DNA from: an uncultured Clostridia bacterium
Lineage (GTDB): Bacteria > Bacillota > Clostridia > UBA1381
DNA: 64,000 nucleotides
Assembly: GCA_934489015.1 (NCBI GenBank)
Contig: CAKSSN010000002.1
Coordinates: forward strand, 138,935-202,934
Direction: 5' to 3'
Shown here: positions 18,567 through 29,623 of the stretch, one piece after another
Position numbering within the stretch: position 1 is the stretch's first letter
Layout: each line of letters opens with the position of its first letter
Program-made: the position numbers and the translations under genes
Notes under the pieces: model-generated
Told to the model about the DNA's origin: nothing
The model's input: only the letters and a program-made list of their open reading frames with translations
Databases searched by the model: none

Positions 18567-19463
18567 TTATTTAATCATGCTTGCAACTTCGTCAGCAAAG
18601 TTTTCCTGCTTCTTCTCGATGCCCTCGCCCTTTTCAAATCTGACATAGCCTACAAGCTTAACGCCCTTTGAGGAGAGATACTGTTCAACCTTAAGGTCGC
18701 CGTTTTTAACAAACTCCTGCTGAAGCAAGCAGTTTTGCTCATAAAACTTATTGATTTTACCGGAAACCATCTTCTCAAGAATATTTTCCGGCTTGTTTGC
18801 ATTCTTCGGATCTTCCTTAATCTGAGCAAGGATAATGTTCTTTTCCTTTTCAACATCCTCAGCCGGAACTGTTTCCTTAGAAAGATAAAGCGGATTGATA
18901 GCTGCAACCTGCATTGCAACATCTCTTGCAGCTTCATAAGCTTCAGCGTCCGCAAGGCTGCCCTCAGCCTCAACAAGAACACCTATTCTGCCGCCGCCGT
19001 GAATATATGAGCAAACATTTCCCTCAATTCTTACAAATCTTCTGAGGTTCATGTTTTCACCGATTTTAGCAATAAGAGCTGTAAGCGCGTCGCCTACATT
19101 CTTTTCACCGTCATAGTCGAGAGCCTTAAGAGCGTCAACGTCTGCCGGGTTTTTGTCAGCAACGATTTTTGCAGCGTTAGCAACAAATGTCTGGAATTCG
19201 TCATTTTTTGCAACAAAGTCTGTTTCCGAGTTTACTTCTATAAGAACGCCAACCTTTCCGTCCTCTGAAATATATGATTTAACGATACCCTCAGCTGCAA
19301 TTCTGCCCGACTTTTTCTGAGCAGTAGCGAGTCCCTTTTCTCTCAAAAGCTCGATAGCCTTGTCCTTGTCACCGTCAGCCTCTGTAAGAGCCTTTTTGCA
19401 GTCCATCATACCGCAGCCTGTAATTTCTCTTAAATTCTTTACATCTTGTGCTGTAAATGCCAT
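18567..19463 (-). CDS. tsf: Elongation factor Ts
   Basis: MAFTAQDVKNLREITGCGMMDCKKAL (UBA-like N-terminus), 298 aa. Confidence 0.95.
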   Translation of the reverse strand: MAFTAQDVKNLREITGCGMMDCKKALTEADGDKDKAIELLREKGLATAQKKSGRIAAEGIVKSYISEDGKVGVLIEVNSETDFVAKNDEFQTFVANAAKIVADKNPADVDALKALDYDGEKNVGDALTALIAKIGENMNLRRFVRIEGNVCSYIHGGGRIGVLVEAEGSLADAEAYEAARDVAMQVAAINPLYLSKETVPAEDVEKEKNIILAQIKEDPKNANKPENILEKMVSGKINKFYEQNCLLQQEFVKNGDLKVEQYLSSKGVKLVGYVRFEKGEGIEKKQENFADEVASMIK

Positions 19464-19524
19464 TTATGTTTCCTCCTGTTTTACATATTTATATGTCATG
19501 CGCAGCGCGGCGCATACAATTCAA

Positions 19525-20271
19525 TTATTCCTCTGTCATTTCCTCAACTGCTTCTTCAGCTTCAGCGTCCTCTGCAAGAGCGTCCTCGCCCTGTCTGCCC
19601 TCGATTATAGCATTTGCAATTGTTGAAGCGATAAGCTTAACGGCACGGATAGCGTCATCGTTACCCGGAATTACATAATCAACCTCATCAGGATCGCAGT
19701 TTGTATCAACTATAGCAACAACCGGAATACCGAGCTTCTTTGCTTCCGAGATAGCAATCTTTTCTTTTCTCGGATCAACTATAAACATACAAGCCGGAAG
19801 CTTTGTCATGTTCTTGATACCGCCGAGATACTTTTCGAGCTTATCTCTCTGAGCCTTAAGCTTGATAACCTCTTTTTTCGGAAGAAGCTCAAATGTGCCT
19901 TCCTCTTCCATTTTATTAATCTGAGCAAGTCTTTCAATTCTCTTCTGGATTGTCTTGAAGTTTGTGAGCATACCGCCGAGCCATCTTGCGTTTACATAAT
20001 ACATTCCAACGCGCTCTGCTTCTTCCTTAATCGAATCCTGAGCCTGCTTCTTTGTTCCTACAAAGAGAACCTCACCGCCCTGTTCAGCTATATCTCTTAC
20101 GAAATAATAAGCCTCTTCTACTTTCTTAACGGTTTTCTGAAGATCTATGATATAGATACCGTTTCTTTCCGTGAAGATGTACTCTGCCATTTTAGGATTC
20201 CATCTTCTTGTCTGATGTCCGAAATGAACACCTGCTTCCAAAAGCTGTTTCATTGAGATAACGTTTGCCAT
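19525..20271 (-). CDS. rpsB: 30S ribosomal protein S2
   Basis: Starts at ATG 20271 ([28 protein letters not shown]) behind AGGAGG. Has an acidic C-terminal tail. Confidence 0.95.
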   Translation of the reverse strand: MANVISMKQLLEAGVHFGHQTRRWNPKMAEYIFTERNGIYIIDLQKTVKKVEEAYYFVRDIAEQGGEVLFVGTKKQAQDSIKEEAERVGMYYVNARWLGGMLTNFKTIQKRIERLAQINKMEEEGTFELLPKKEVIKLKAQRDKLEKYLGGIKNMTKLPACMFIVDPRKEKIAISEAKKLGIPVVAIVDTNCDPDEVDYVIPGNDDAIRAVKLIASTIANAIIEGRQGEDALAEDAEAEEAVEEMTEE

Positions 20272-20385
20272 TTTTAAATTCCTCCTGTTTTTTAAACCTC
20301 CGCATTTCTTTATCATTAACGGGGACCGCGGCAAAACGGCAACTCCCGAAAAAAGGAAATACGTGTGTATTTTTCATACATATTT

Positions 20386-20414
20386 ATTTTAACATATCCC
20401 GCTTAAAAAATCAA
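20386..20414 (-). promoter_or_regulatory. Promoter for rpsB-tsf
   Basis: Minus strand reads TTGATT-17 nt-TAAAAT. This leaves a leader of about 105 nt. Confidence 0.5.
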
Positions 20415-20478
20415 CAAATAATTTAAAAACAGTAATATTTCATAAAAATATGTATAGAAAAAGCATTAAAATATGTAT

Positions 20479-21030
20479 TTATTTACCCAAAGCTTTGTCA
20501 ATCGAGGACGAAAGCTCCGCCTCATCGGCGCATTTAAACTTAAAATCGCATATATTGTTCGAGGTGTCAAGCATTATAAGCGCCGGGATATTTCCGTCTA
20601 CAAGAGAGAAATTCTCAAGCAGAGTTTTATCCTTATCAACATTTTTTATGTCAAAGACAACATTCGGATATTTTTTCTTTAATGCATCAACCGTATCGGC
20701 TGTAGACTTTTCGGTTTCATCATCGACAAAATACATAAATGTCGGGTCAACCTTTTTTTCCTCTGCCTGCTGCGTACTGCTGCCTGCGTTGGTGCTGTCG
20801 CCGTTTGCTTCGGATGCGGCTGCCGCATCGCTGTCATCGCCCGTCTTTGCACTTTCGGACTGCTGTGCATCCTTATTTTCATCGTCTGCTATCTTTTCGC
20901 TTGCCTGCTCCGTCTGCTTCGGCACGTCGGCGCTTTTGTTTTCCTTTGTCACGCTGATTACAACAGCGCCTATTCCGACAGCCGCAATTATAACTGCCGC
21001 AATTATCGCTCTTATACGTTTTTTATCCAT
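20479..21030 (-). CDS. Membrane-anchored hypothetical protein; C-terminal domain may have a thioredoxin-like fold but has no CxxC
   Basis: N-terminal TM helix (AIIAAVIIAAVGIGAVVI), a low-complexity acidic linker, then a globular domain of about 95 aa. The fold assignment is a guess. Confidence 0.5.
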   Translation of the reverse strand: MDKKRIRAIIAAVIIAAVGIGAVVISVTKENKSADVPKQTEQASEKIADDENKDAQQSESAKTGDDSDAAAASEANGDSTNAGSSTQQAEEKKVDPTFMYFVDDETEKSTADTVDALKKKYPNVVFDIKNVDKDKTLLENFSLVDGNIPALIMLDTSNNICDFKFKCADEAELSSSIDKALGK

Positions 21031-21069
21031 TTTGCTCCGCCTTTCTTTTATATATTAAATGTATCTTCA

Positions 21070-22380
21070 TTATTCGTCAATTTTTTTGAGATTTTCCCTT
21101 AATTCTTCAAGAGCGCGCCTTGCAATTATCCCATAGCGCTCCTGCTTGTTTCTAACGCGTCTGTCAAGAGAATCGATTATCCCGAAATTTGCATTCATAG
21201 GCTCAAGCCTGCCGCCTGCCGGGTGCGTTATATATATCGGCAGCGCACCTATGCACGTTTTTGAGCTCGGATATAGCTCCCTTTCGCCAAGAATTTTTCT
21301 CGCCATATTAAACCCTGCCATAATTCCGCTCGACGCCGACTCAACATAGCCCTCAACGCCTGTTATCTGCCCGGCAAAATAAAGCTTCGGGTATTTTTTG
21401 CAGCAGTACATCTCGTCAATTACGGACGGCGCCTGTATAAATGTATTTCTGTGCATAACGCCGTATCTGACAAACTCCGCATTTTCAAGACCCGGAATCA
21501 TTGAAAACACCCGTTTCTGTTCTCCGAATTTCAAATTTGTCTGAAAGCCTACAAGATTATAAAGCGTTGCGTCCATATTATCCTGTCTGAGCTGAACAAC
21601 GGCATAGCTGTCATCATTCCCCGTTTTCGGATTTACAAGACCGACGGGCTTTAAAGGACCGAACGTAAGCGTTTTAATGCCGCGCTTTGCCATAACCTCA
21701 ATCGGCATACATCCCTCAAAAACCGTCATATTTTCAAAGCTTTTGAGCTTTGCACACTCTGCGCTGACGAGTGCTTCGTAAAAGCGGTTATATTCATCCT
21801 CAGTCATAGGGCAGTTTATGTAATCCGCCGTTCCCTTGTTATATCTTGCCGCATAAAAAACCTTGTCAAAATCAATGCTTTCCTTAGTGACCACCGGTGC
21901 CGCCGCGTCAAAAAACGACAGCTCATCCTCACCGGTTATTTTTATTATTTCCTCCGAAAGCGCATCTGACGTCAGCGGCCCTGTTGCAATAATTGTATAT
22001 TCGTCAGTGTCGATTTCCGTCTTTTCGCCGCAAACCACTTCAATGAGCGGATTTTCCTTTATTTTTTTTGTGATATATTCCGAAAAAATATCCCTGTCAA
22101 CCGCAAGCGCTCCGCCTGCCGGGACTCTCGACACATCCGCCGCCTCCATCATAACCGAGCCGAACAGACGCATTTCTTCCTTTAAAAGTCCGCACGCATT
22201 TTCAATTCTGTCCGCCTTAAGTGAATTTGAGCAAACAAGCTCCGCAAAAAGCGGACTTGAATGAGCCGGAGAAAATTTTTTCGGCTTCATTTCCCAAAGA
22301 CGTACCTCTATTCCCTTTTTTGCGAGCTGCAGCGCTGCCTCACTGCCTGCAAGCCCCGCACCTATAACGTTTACCTTCAT
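21070..22380 (-). CDS. trmFO: Methylenetetrahydrofolate-tRNA-(uracil-5-)-methyltransferase TrmFO
   Basis: [19 protein letters not shown] motif, 436 aa. TAATG overlap with the topA stop. The topA-trmFO order matches Bacillus. Confidence 0.9.
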   Translation of the reverse strand: MKVNVIGAGLAGSEAALQLAKKGIEVRLWEMKPKKFSPAHSSPLFAELVCSNSLKADRIENACGLLKEEMRLFGSVMMEAADVSRVPAGGALAVDRDIFSEYITKKIKENPLIEVVCGEKTEIDTDEYTIIATGPLTSDALSEEIIKITGEDELSFFDAAAPVVTKESIDFDKVFYAARYNKGTADYINCPMTEDEYNRFYEALVSAECAKLKSFENMTVFEGCMPIEVMAKRGIKTLTFGPLKPVGLVNPKTGNDDSYAVVQLRQDNMDATLYNLVGFQTNLKFGEQKRVFSMIPGLENAEFVRYGVMHRNTFIQAPSVIDEMYCCKKYPKLYFAGQITGVEGYVESASSGIMAGFNMARKILGERELYPSSKTCIGALPIYITHPAGGRLEPMNANFGIIDSLDRRVRNKQERYGIIARRALEELRENLKKIDE

Positions 22381-24485
22381 TAATTTTTCTCCGTTTCGCC
22401 GTCCGGATTTTCCAAAAACTCTTTTTTGGTAAGAAATCTTTCATATCCGCAGTCCTCGTTTATGCAAAATTCCTTTGCCTTTCTCCCTCTCTTGCGCAGC
22501 AGTATTCCGCCGCACTCCGGACATTTTTTGCCCGCAACAGGCTCATCCCATGCCATAAAATCGCATTTCGGCAGATTTTCGCACGCATAGTACGCCTTTC
22601 CTCTGCGCGACTTCTTTTTAAGAATTTCTCCGCCGCATTTCGGGCATTTAACGCCTGTTTCTTCTCTTATCGTTTTTGTGTTTCTGCATTCGGGGAAGCC
22701 CGGACAAGCAAGGAATTTTCCGTATTTTCCAAGCTTGTAAACCATTTTTCTTCCACAGTTTTCGCAGACAACATCCGATTCCTCGTCCTTGATTTTTATT
22801 TTTTCAACATTTTTCTCTGCTTCAGCAAGCGTTTTTGCAAAATCCGGGTAAAAATCCCTCATTACCTTTTTCCAGCCGATTTTGCCCTCTCCCACTCGGT
22901 CGAGCTCTTCCTCCATGCCTGCCGTGAAATTCACATCAACAATATCCTTAAAATTATTCTTCATAAGGTCGTTTGCCGCATTTCCGAGCTCTGTCGGCAT
23001 CAGAAGCTTTTTGCTTCTTACAACATATCCGCGCGACACTATAGTCGATATTGTGGGCGCATATGTTGACGGCCTGCCTATGCCGTTTTCCTCCAAAGCC
23101 TTAACAAGCGACGCTTCCGTATAACGAGCCGGAGGCTGCGTGAAGTGCTGCTTCGGAGAAACCTTCAAAACGTCAAACATATCCCCCGTATTCATATCCG
23201 GCAGCATTTTAAGTTTTTCGCTCTTTTTGTCGCTGCCCTCAACGTAAAGCACCATATATCCCTTAAATTTTATTCTCGATCCCGACGCTCTGAACGTATG
23301 CTCGCCGCTGCCAAGCTCAGCCTGAACAGTTTCATAAACCGCCGGCGACATCTGGCTTGCAGCAAAGCGCTCCCAAATAAGCTTGTAGAGCTTATACTGG
23401 TCGTTTGTGAGCTTATCCTTAACATCAGACGGCAGAAAGCCTACTGATGTCGGACGTATAGCCTCGTGCGCGTCCTGCGCATTTTTACCCGAGCGAAATG
23501 TTCTCGGCGATACATATTCGCTTCCGTATTCGCTCCTCAGATAATCGACAGCTTCCTTTTGCGCCTCCGCCGAAATTCTAAGCGAATCGGTTCTCATATA
23601 TGTTATCAGACCGACAGTTCCTATTTCCTTTCCAAGATTTACCCCTTCGTAAAGCTGCTGCGCAATCTGCATCGTCTTTGACGTAGCAAAATTAATTTTT
23701 CTCGACGCGTCCTGCTGCATTGTACTTGTCGTAAACGGCGGAAGCGGATTTCTCTTTACGTCCTTGCGGCTTACGGCTTCAACCTTAAGCCTTCCGCCCT
23801 TTACATCGTCTGCAATTTCATGTGCCGACTTTTTATCGGAAAGCTTCTTCTCTTTCCCGCTTTCGCCGTAATATTTTGCTTCAAAGCCGCCGCAGTCCGC
23901 CGTAACGCTCCAATACTCCTCCGGAACGAAATTAATTATTTCATCCTCACGGTCGCAGACCATTTTAAGAGCAACGGACTGCACTCTGCCGGCGCTCAGA
24001 CCTTTTTTTATCTTATCCCACAAAATAGGGCTTATTTTATAGCCGACAATTCTGTCAAGCACTCTGCGCGCCTGCTGAGCGTCAACCAAATTCATGTCAA
24101 TGGCTCTCGGTTGCTTTACTGCCGCACGAACTGCATTTTTTGTTATCTCGTTAAACGTTACGCGGCACGGCGAATTAATATCTATTTTAAGCGCATTCGC
24201 CAAATGCCAGCTTATAGCCTCTCCCTCGCGGTCGGGGTCGGTTGCAAGATATACTTTGTCAGCCTTTGCCGCTTCCTTTTTAAGATCTGAAAGCACGCTG
24301 CCTTTACCCCTTATGGTTATATATTTCGGTTCAAAATCATTGTCAACATCAACGCCGAGCTGACTTTTCGGCAAATCGATTATATGCCCGACAGACGCTA
24401 TAACATTATAGCCGCTGCCAAGATATTTTTTTATCGTTGCAGCCTTTGACGGCGACTCAACAATAAGTAACTTTTTTTTCTTCAT
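22380..24485 (-). CDS. topA: DNA topoisomerase I
   Basis: Toprim N-terminus ([18 protein letters not shown]) and active-site region ITYMRTDS. Three to four C-terminal CxxC zinc ribbons. Confidence 0.95.
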   Translation of the reverse strand: MKKKKLLIVESPSKAATIKKYLGSGYNVIASVGHIIDLPKSQLGVDVDNDFEPKYITIRGKGSVLSDLKKEAAKADKVYLATDPDREGEAISWHLANALKIDINSPCRVTFNEITKNAVRAAVKQPRAIDMNLVDAQQARRVLDRIVGYKISPILWDKIKKGLSAGRVQSVALKMVCDREDEIINFVPEEYWSVTADCGGFEAKYYGESGKEKKLSDKKSAHEIADDVKGGRLKVEAVSRKDVKRNPLPPFTTSTMQQDASRKINFATSKTMQIAQQLYEGVNLGKEIGTVGLITYMRTDSLRISAEAQKEAVDYLRSEYGSEYVSPRTFRSGKNAQDAHEAIRPTSVGFLPSDVKDKLTNDQYKLYKLIWERFAASQMSPAVYETVQAELGSGEHTFRASGSRIKFKGYMVLYVEGSDKKSEKLKMLPDMNTGDMFDVLKVSPKQHFTQPPARYTEASLVKALEENGIGRPSTYAPTISTIVSRGYVVRSKKLLMPTELGNAANDLMKNNFKDIVDVNFTAGMEEELDRVGEGKIGWKKVMRDFYPDFAKTLAEAEKNVEKIKIKDEESDVVCENCGRKMVYKLGKYGKFLACPGFPECRNTKTIREETGVKCPKCGGEILKKKSRRGKAYYACENLPKCDFMAWDEPVAGKKCPECGGILLRKRGRKAKEFCINEDCGYERFLTKKEFLENPDGETEKN

Positions 24486-24580
24486 AATAGAAAAACACTC
24501 TCCTGATATTTTTTCAAGAAAACTAACTCATATATATTAAGATACTACAAAATTATCAAAATGTCAAACATTTTTTTCAA

Positions 24581-24622
24581 AAATGCAGAAAATTTATTGC
24601 CCGAATTAATATCAGGCAATAA
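24581..24622 (-). terminator. Terminator after the lipoprotein gene
   Basis: TTATTGCC / GGCAATAA stem followed on the minus strand by ATTTTCTGCATTTTT. Confidence 0.55.
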
Positions 24623-24641
24623 ATCCTCTGTAAATCATGCC

Positions 24642-25157
24642 TTATTCAGCCTTAAAAAGCTTTGATGAAGCCGCCGCTTTTGAAAAGCTATCTTCAAATT
24701 TCTTGTCAACCGCTCCGTACTTATCTGCCTTAAACGTTCCGTCCTCGTTTTTAAACGAAGCATAAACAAGCACATTGCCGTCTGCCTGTGAGCTGAAATA
24801 AAAATAATTGTAATCGGTGTTTTTGTCAAGTCCCGTATTTTCAACTATTTTTTCAACCTCTGCTATAAACGTTTCCGAAAGCTTATCCTCATCATCAATC
24901 GGGAGCTCAACCGAAAGCATTTTCTGACCCGGATTATCCGTCTGGCTGACAGATGCGTTCTTGTTTACGGATTTTATAATATCCGCAAGCTCACCGGAAG
25001 TTTCGTACGTTTCGATTTCCTTATTGTCGCCCGTCATTTCATCAGCTATTTTCTGCGGAATGGTCGCCTTTGCATCGGCATTGTCATCAGCCTTTTTGCC
25101 GCAGCCGCCGAGTGTAAGTGAAGCTAATATTGTGCAAATTAAAATTATTTTTTTCAT
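24642..25157 (-). CDS. Lipoprotein, function unknown
   Basis: Signal peptide with a lipobox (LASLTLGGC). Confidence 0.7.
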   Translation of the reverse strand: MKKIILICTILASLTLGGCGKKADDNADAKATIPQKIADEMTGDNKEIETYETSGELADIIKSVNKNASVSQTDNPGQKMLSVELPIDDEDKLSETFIAEVEKIVENTGLDKNTDYNYFYFSSQADGNVLVYASFKNEDGTFKADKYGAVDKKFEDSFSKAAASSKLFKAE

Positions 25158-25173
25158 GTTCTTTATTCCTTTC

Positions 25174-26064
25174 CTATTCGCCGTCAGGCGATTTTATTGT
25201 CTTTTCCGTTGCCTTACTATTCTTATCCTCATCAGAAGTTTTATGCAGCTGTTTTTCAATATATTCATCAATATATGTTATATATCCGCTGTATTTTGCC
25301 TTATTATCGCTGCCCTCCGAAAATGTAAAATCATAATATACAAGCAGCGCCTTGTCAAACAAAACGGCTTTTCTGTGATTTACCTTTCCGTTTCTTGTAA
25401 ACGTCACCGTGTACCAGTCATCGCCTGCGCGGTTAAAGTCGGGCTCAACGCCTATTCCTTTTACATAATCGCGAAGAAGTACGCTCATTGTCTGGCTTTC
25501 GCTTACCTTTTCGCAGCTGATCAGCATTTCACCGTCGCCGCTTGGGTCTTTAAGACTAAGCTTTGTATTGCTGTTCGCAAGAGTACCCGTTTCAAAATCC
25601 GACGGATAAGCGCATTTAAAGCCGTAGGACTTGTCTATGTAAATATCGCATCCCGAATTGCCGCTCTCCTGCGCCGTTTCGGTTTTCTTAGCCGCCGCGC
25701 TTTCGCTCGGAGCTTCCGAAGCTGCCGAAGCCGATGCTGACGGAGAAGGTGACGAGGTAACCTTATTTTCGGTCAGATTTTTCATTGTTATGTAATATGC
25801 GCCGAAGCCCGCTCCGACAGCCGCCAAAATTGCAATTATAATTGCCCATACAGTAATAATTCTCGTCTGTCTTTGGCGCCTTCTGCGCTGTGCTTCATGC
25901 TGCATTTTCTTTTTTCTGTAATTATCATAGCTGTCATTCTGGCGCCTTTTCGGCGCGTCCTGCTTAGGTCTGCTTTTTTTCGGTGCGGCATTTGTCGGCT
26001 GACCGCAGCGATCGCAAAATCTTGAGCTGTCGGGCAGCTTCTTTCCGCATTTTTTACAGTACAT
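25174..26064 (-). CDS. Zinc-ribbon membrane protein, function unknown
   Basis: N-terminal CxxC-x11-CxxC (MYCKKCGKKLPDSSRFCDRCG), a basic linker, one TM helix, a Ser/Ala-rich linker and an extracytoplasmic domain. Confidence 0.65.
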   Translation of the reverse strand: MYCKKCGKKLPDSSRFCDRCGQPTNAAPKKSRPKQDAPKRRQNDSYDNYRKKKMQHEAQRRRRQRQTRIITVWAIIIAILAAVGAGFGAYYITMKNLTENKVTSSPSPSASASAASEAPSESAAAKKTETAQESGNSGCDIYIDKSYGFKCAYPSDFETGTLANSNTKLSLKDPSGDGEMLISCEKVSESQTMSVLLRDYVKGIGVEPDFNRAGDDWYTVTFTRNGKVNHRKAVLFDKALLVYYDFTFSEGSDNKAKYSGYITYIDEYIEKQLHKTSDEDKNSKATEKTIKSPDGE

Positions 26065-26067
26065 AAA

Positions 26068-27309
26068 TCAAACCTCTCCTTTCGTCACCTGTGCCGCTCT
26101 GCGCAGCATAGCGCCGGGACACACCTCATTTTCGGCTTTCATCTTAACAATCATCTGCGCGTGCCGCGCCGCCGTTATCCTATCACCATTATCGTCCTTC
26201 ATTTCACCGATTTTTTGTTTTATAAAGGGCTTTCCCGGTCTGATAATTTCTATTTCCTCGCCCTCAAAAAATCTGTTTCTCTGAGAAACCGTCATTATGC
26301 CGCTCGAAGCGTCATATGCTTCAACAATTCCTATAAGGTCATAATCTCTTATATATGAGCTTGACGTGTAAACCTGCCCGTCACCCTCCGGTCTTCCGAA
26401 ATAAAAACCTGTTGTATAAGGGCGGTGGCTCACCTTGCAAAGCTCCTCAAGCTCGCTTCCGTCAAAGGTATAGTTTCCCGGGTCGGCAAAATATTTGTCA
26501 ATCTCGCGCCGATACGCTCCGACAACCGTCGCAACATAAAACGGAGTTTTAACTCTCCCCTCTATTTTAAGGCTTGTAATTCCGCTCTTTATAAGCTCCG
26601 GAATATGCTCTATCATGCACAAATCCTTAGAATTGAAAATAAAGCTTCCCCGATTGTTTTCCTCAATGTCAAAATATTCACCAGGTCTTGTCTGCTCAAC
26701 AAGCGAATAATTCCACCTGCACGGATGGGCGCACGCGCCCTGATTTGAGTCCCTGCCGATCATGTAATTCGACAAAAGACATCTCCCCGAATACGAAATG
26801 CACATAGCCCCGTGAATAAACGCTTCTATTTCAAGTCCGTCTGTTTTTTCTCTTATTTCCTTTATTTCCTCAAAAGTCATCTCACGCGCGAGAACAACTC
26901 TTGAAGCGCCCTGCTTTTTCCAGAAAAGTGCGGAGCGGTAGTTTACGTTGTTCGCCTGCGTGCTTATATGAATGGGCAGATCAGGCGCTTTTTCTCTCAC
27001 TATATCAAGCATACCCGGATCCGACACCAATATTCCGTCAAATCCAAAATCCTTTATTTCATCTATATATTTTTCAAATTCCTCTATATCCCTGTTATGC
27101 GGTATAATATTTGCCGTAAGATAAACCTTTTTTCCGCGCTCATGCGCAAAAGCAATACCCTCTTTTATCTCATCTATCGAAAAATTTTCAGCCGCCACTC
27201 TGAGCGAAAAGCATTCTCCGCCGATATAAACTGCGTCGGCACCGTACATTATCGCACATTTCAGCTTTTCAAGACTTCCTCCGGGTGCTAAAAGCTCCGG
27301 CTTCTGCAT
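26068..27309 (-). CDS. Peptidase U32 family protein (YrrO/TrhP-like, tRNA ho5U-associated family)
   Basis: Full-length U32-like sequence (PELLAPGGSLEKLKCAIMYGADAVY). The mltG-methyltransferase-U32 order matches B. subtilis yrrL-yrrM-yrrN/O. Confidence 0.75.
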   Translation of the reverse strand: MQKPELLAPGGSLEKLKCAIMYGADAVYIGGECFSLRVAAENFSIDEIKEGIAFAHERGKKVYLTANIIPHNRDIEEFEKYIDEIKDFGFDGILVSDPGMLDIVREKAPDLPIHISTQANNVNYRSALFWKKQGASRVVLAREMTFEEIKEIREKTDGLEIEAFIHGAMCISYSGRCLLSNYMIGRDSNQGACAHPCRWNYSLVEQTRPGEYFDIEENNRGSFIFNSKDLCMIEHIPELIKSGITSLKIEGRVKTPFYVATVVGAYRREIDKYFADPGNYTFDGSELEELCKVSHRPYTTGFYFGRPEGDGQVYTSSSYIRDYDLIGIVEAYDASSGIMTVSQRNRFFEGEEIEIIRPGKPFIKQKIGEMKDDNGDRITAARHAQMIVKMKAENEVCPGAMLRRAAQVTKGEV

Positions 27310-27345
27310 TTTCTAAATCCTCCCCTTTAAAGCGCAATTTTACGC

Positions 27346-28005
27346 TCATTTTTTTATACTCACCGTCACGCCGTCACCTACAGATAAAACGGCGCTTTCC
27401 ATATCGTCCCTTTTCGTTATCTCCGAAATAAATTTGCGAAGCCGCTTGACTATTGTTATTTTACGCCTTATAACAAGCTCGTCCGAAGCCGTCATGCCCT
27501 TGTATAAAACATTGTCGCAGATCAGCATACCGCCCTTTTTAAGAAGCCGCATACAATCGTCAAGCATATGGATATAATGCGCCTTAGGTCCGTCAAGAAA
27601 AATAACGTCAAATATTTCGTCCTCGTCAATATATGAAATATAGTCGCGCGCGTCCGTAAAAACAACGTCAATTCTGTCCGAAAGACCGGCTTTCGATATA
27701 TTTTCTCTTGCCTTTTCGGCAAGCTCCTCGTTAAATTCAAGCGTTGTTATATGCGCGCTGCACGCAAGCGCCATAAGCATGGCCGAATACCCGGTTGCGC
27801 AGCCGACCTCAAGAATTTTATCCGGCTGCTTTGCCATCATAAGCGTTTCGAGAAGCTTTGCGGTTTCGGGCTGAACGGCAGGAATTTCGTTTGCCTCATT
27901 ATATTCCTCAAACTCCTTCATAATTCCGCTTCTCTTTTTTAATACCCCTCTTATATATTCCGTTACGTAAGGCTGCACAATTGCGTCCTTTTCGTATTCT
28001 ACCAT
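27346..28005 (-). CDS. Class I SAM-dependent O-methyltransferase (YrrM/TrmR-like)
   Basis: SAM motif ILEVGCATGYS and caffeoyl-CoA O-methyltransferase-like length. Synteny with mltG and the U32 gene. Confidence 0.7.
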   Translation of the reverse strand: MVEYEKDAIVQPYVTEYIRGVLKKRSGIMKEFEEYNEANEIPAVQPETAKLLETLMMAKQPDKILEVGCATGYSAMLMALACSAHITTLEFNEELAEKARENISKAGLSDRIDVVFTDARDYISYIDEDEIFDVIFLDGPKAHYIHMLDDCMRLLKKGGMLICDNVLYKGMTASDELVIRRKITIVKRLRKFISEITKRDDMESAVLSVGDGVTVSIKK

Positions 28006-28012
28006 AAAAAAA

Positions 28013-29026
28013 TCACTCAGCCTTTCCGTCCTTTGCTTTTAAATGCTCCTCGTATGTCTTTGAAAAAATATGCTTTCCGTCAGAGCCGAGTACGAAATAA
28101 AGCGCGTCCGTTTTTTCAGGATAAAGCGCCGCTTTTATACATTCCTCACCCGGTGACGCAATAGGTCCGGGCGGCAGTCCCTCATGAAGATAAGTATTAT
28201 ACGGCGATTTTATTTTAGTATCCGCAGCAGACAAATTTGCCTTTCTCTCTTTTAAAATATACTGAACGGTAGCGCACGACTGAAGCCGCATATTAATTTT
28301 AAGGCGATTATAAAACACACCTGCAATTTTAGGACGCTCCTCACCGCTTGCCGATTCGCGCTCGATTATGGAAGCAAGCGTCACAATCTCGTCGGTTGTC
28401 ATGTTAAGCTCCTTAGCACGGCTGTAATATTCCTCCGGGAAATGCTCGTCAAACGCTTTCAGCATTGCGTCAACAATTTCTCTTGCGGTAACGCCGTCTT
28501 TAAACTCATACGTTGCCGGGAACAAATAGCCCTCGAGTTTTACCTCGCGCTCCGGCAGATTTTCAAGAAATTTATAATCATAGTCCTCCGAAAGCGCACT
28601 GTAGAAATCCTCCTGTGAAACAAGAGAGCTTACAGTCTGCGCAATTTCCTTAACCTCATATCCCTCCGGAATAACTATTTTGTTAAGCTTCGGCTGCGCA
28701 TTAACGCAAAGCAGCAGAATATCGCTGTAGCTCATTCCCTTTTTAACCTCAATAGTGCCGGGCTTAATTTTTCTGTCGTAGTTTTCCATTCTCGAAACAG
28801 CCTGAAAAACAGTGGAAAATCTTATTATTCCCTCTTTTTTAAGCCCCGATGCAACCTGCGAAACGCTCATTCCGTCGGTTATTTCAAAGCTTCCGCCGTT
28901 TTTTACCGAATTTAAATCCGAAATAGCAAACAGCACCGAAATAATAACTGCCGCAACAATTACCGCCGCAAGCAATGCGGCAATAAGCTTTTTCGGATAA
29001 AATCTGCTTTCTTCATGTATACTCAT
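28013..29026 (-). CDS. mltG: Endolytic murein transglycosylase MltG (YceG-like)
   Basis: N-terminal TM helix and a YceG-like domain (ASIIERE, YNTYLHEGLPPGPIASPG). Confidence 0.85.
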   Translation of the reverse strand: MSIHEESRFYPKKLIAALLAAVIVAAVIISVLFAISDLNSVKNGGSFEITDGMSVSQVASGLKKEGIIRFSTVFQAVSRMENYDRKIKPGTIEVKKGMSYSDILLLCVNAQPKLNKIVIPEGYEVKEIAQTVSSLVSQEDFYSALSEDYDYKFLENLPEREVKLEGYLFPATYEFKDGVTAREIVDAMLKAFDEHFPEEYYSRAKELNMTTDEIVTLASIIERESASGEERPKIAGVFYNRLKINMRLQSCATVQYILKERKANLSAADTKIKSPYNTYLHEGLPPGPIASPGEECIKAALYPEKTDALYFVLGSDGKHIFSKTYEEHLKAKDGKAE

Positions 29027-29074
29027 CTTATCGCTCCCTCATACGTCAGCACACCTTCTCAGATGTTTTTTAGC

Positions 29075-29623
29075 TTACTTAAATGTCAAAAGCTTTCTGC
29101 TGCCGTAAATATAGTCAATTCCCGATACAATCGTAAGAACGGTTGAAATCCATACAACCGTATTTATAATAATGCTGTCCGGTGCGCCGAGCGGAAATAT
29201 CAAAAGCAAAAACGTTATTATAACCGCCGCCATCTGCGAAACCGTTTTGAGCTTTCCCCATATGCTTGCCGCAATAACCTCGCCCGTGCCTGCTGCGACA
29301 AGACGAACTCCCGAAACGGCAAATTCTCTGAAAAGAACAATCAGCAAAACCCACGGTGAAATTAAGCCCTTAACGGTAAAGGCAAGAAACGCCGCCGCAA
29401 TCAAAAGCTTATCGGCAAGCGGATCGGCAAACTTTCCGAACGTTGTAACCTGGTTGTATTTTCTCGCAAGCATACCGTCGAGCATATCAGTAAGCGACGC
29501 GGCAATAAATATCACAAGAGATGCCGCCATATACCCGCTGCCCTCCAAAAGCGCAAACGCCATGAAAATCGGTACAAGAACAACTCTTAAAAGAGTGAGC
29601 TTATTGGGTGTGTTCATAATCAA
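29075..29623 (-). CDS. pgsA: CDP-diacylglycerol-glycerol-3-phosphate 3-phosphatidyltransferase
   Basis: CDP-alcohol phosphatidyltransferase motif DMLDGMLARKYNQVTTFGKFADPLADK. ATGA overlap with the rimO stop. Confidence 0.9.
   Translation of the reverse strand: MIMNTPNKLTLLRVVLVPIFMAFALLEGSGYMAASLVIFIAASLTDMLDGMLARKYNQVTTFGKFADPLADKLLIAAAFLAFTVKGLISPWVLLIVLFREFAVSGVRLVAAGTGEVIAASIWGKLKTVSQMAAVIITFLLLIFPLGAPDSIIINTVVWISTVLTIVSGIDYIYGSRKLLTFK

Noticed and set aside
20450-21058. 202-aa plus-strand ORF opposite the 183-aa membrane protein.
   Set aside because: It is a Ser/Ala/Phe-rich low-complexity mirror frame. The minus-strand frame has a TM anchor, a start context and a plausible globular domain.
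24961-25740. 259-aa plus-strand ORF.
   Set aside because: It is antisense to the lipoprotein and zinc-ribbon genes and spans their intergenic gap. No SD and no motifs.
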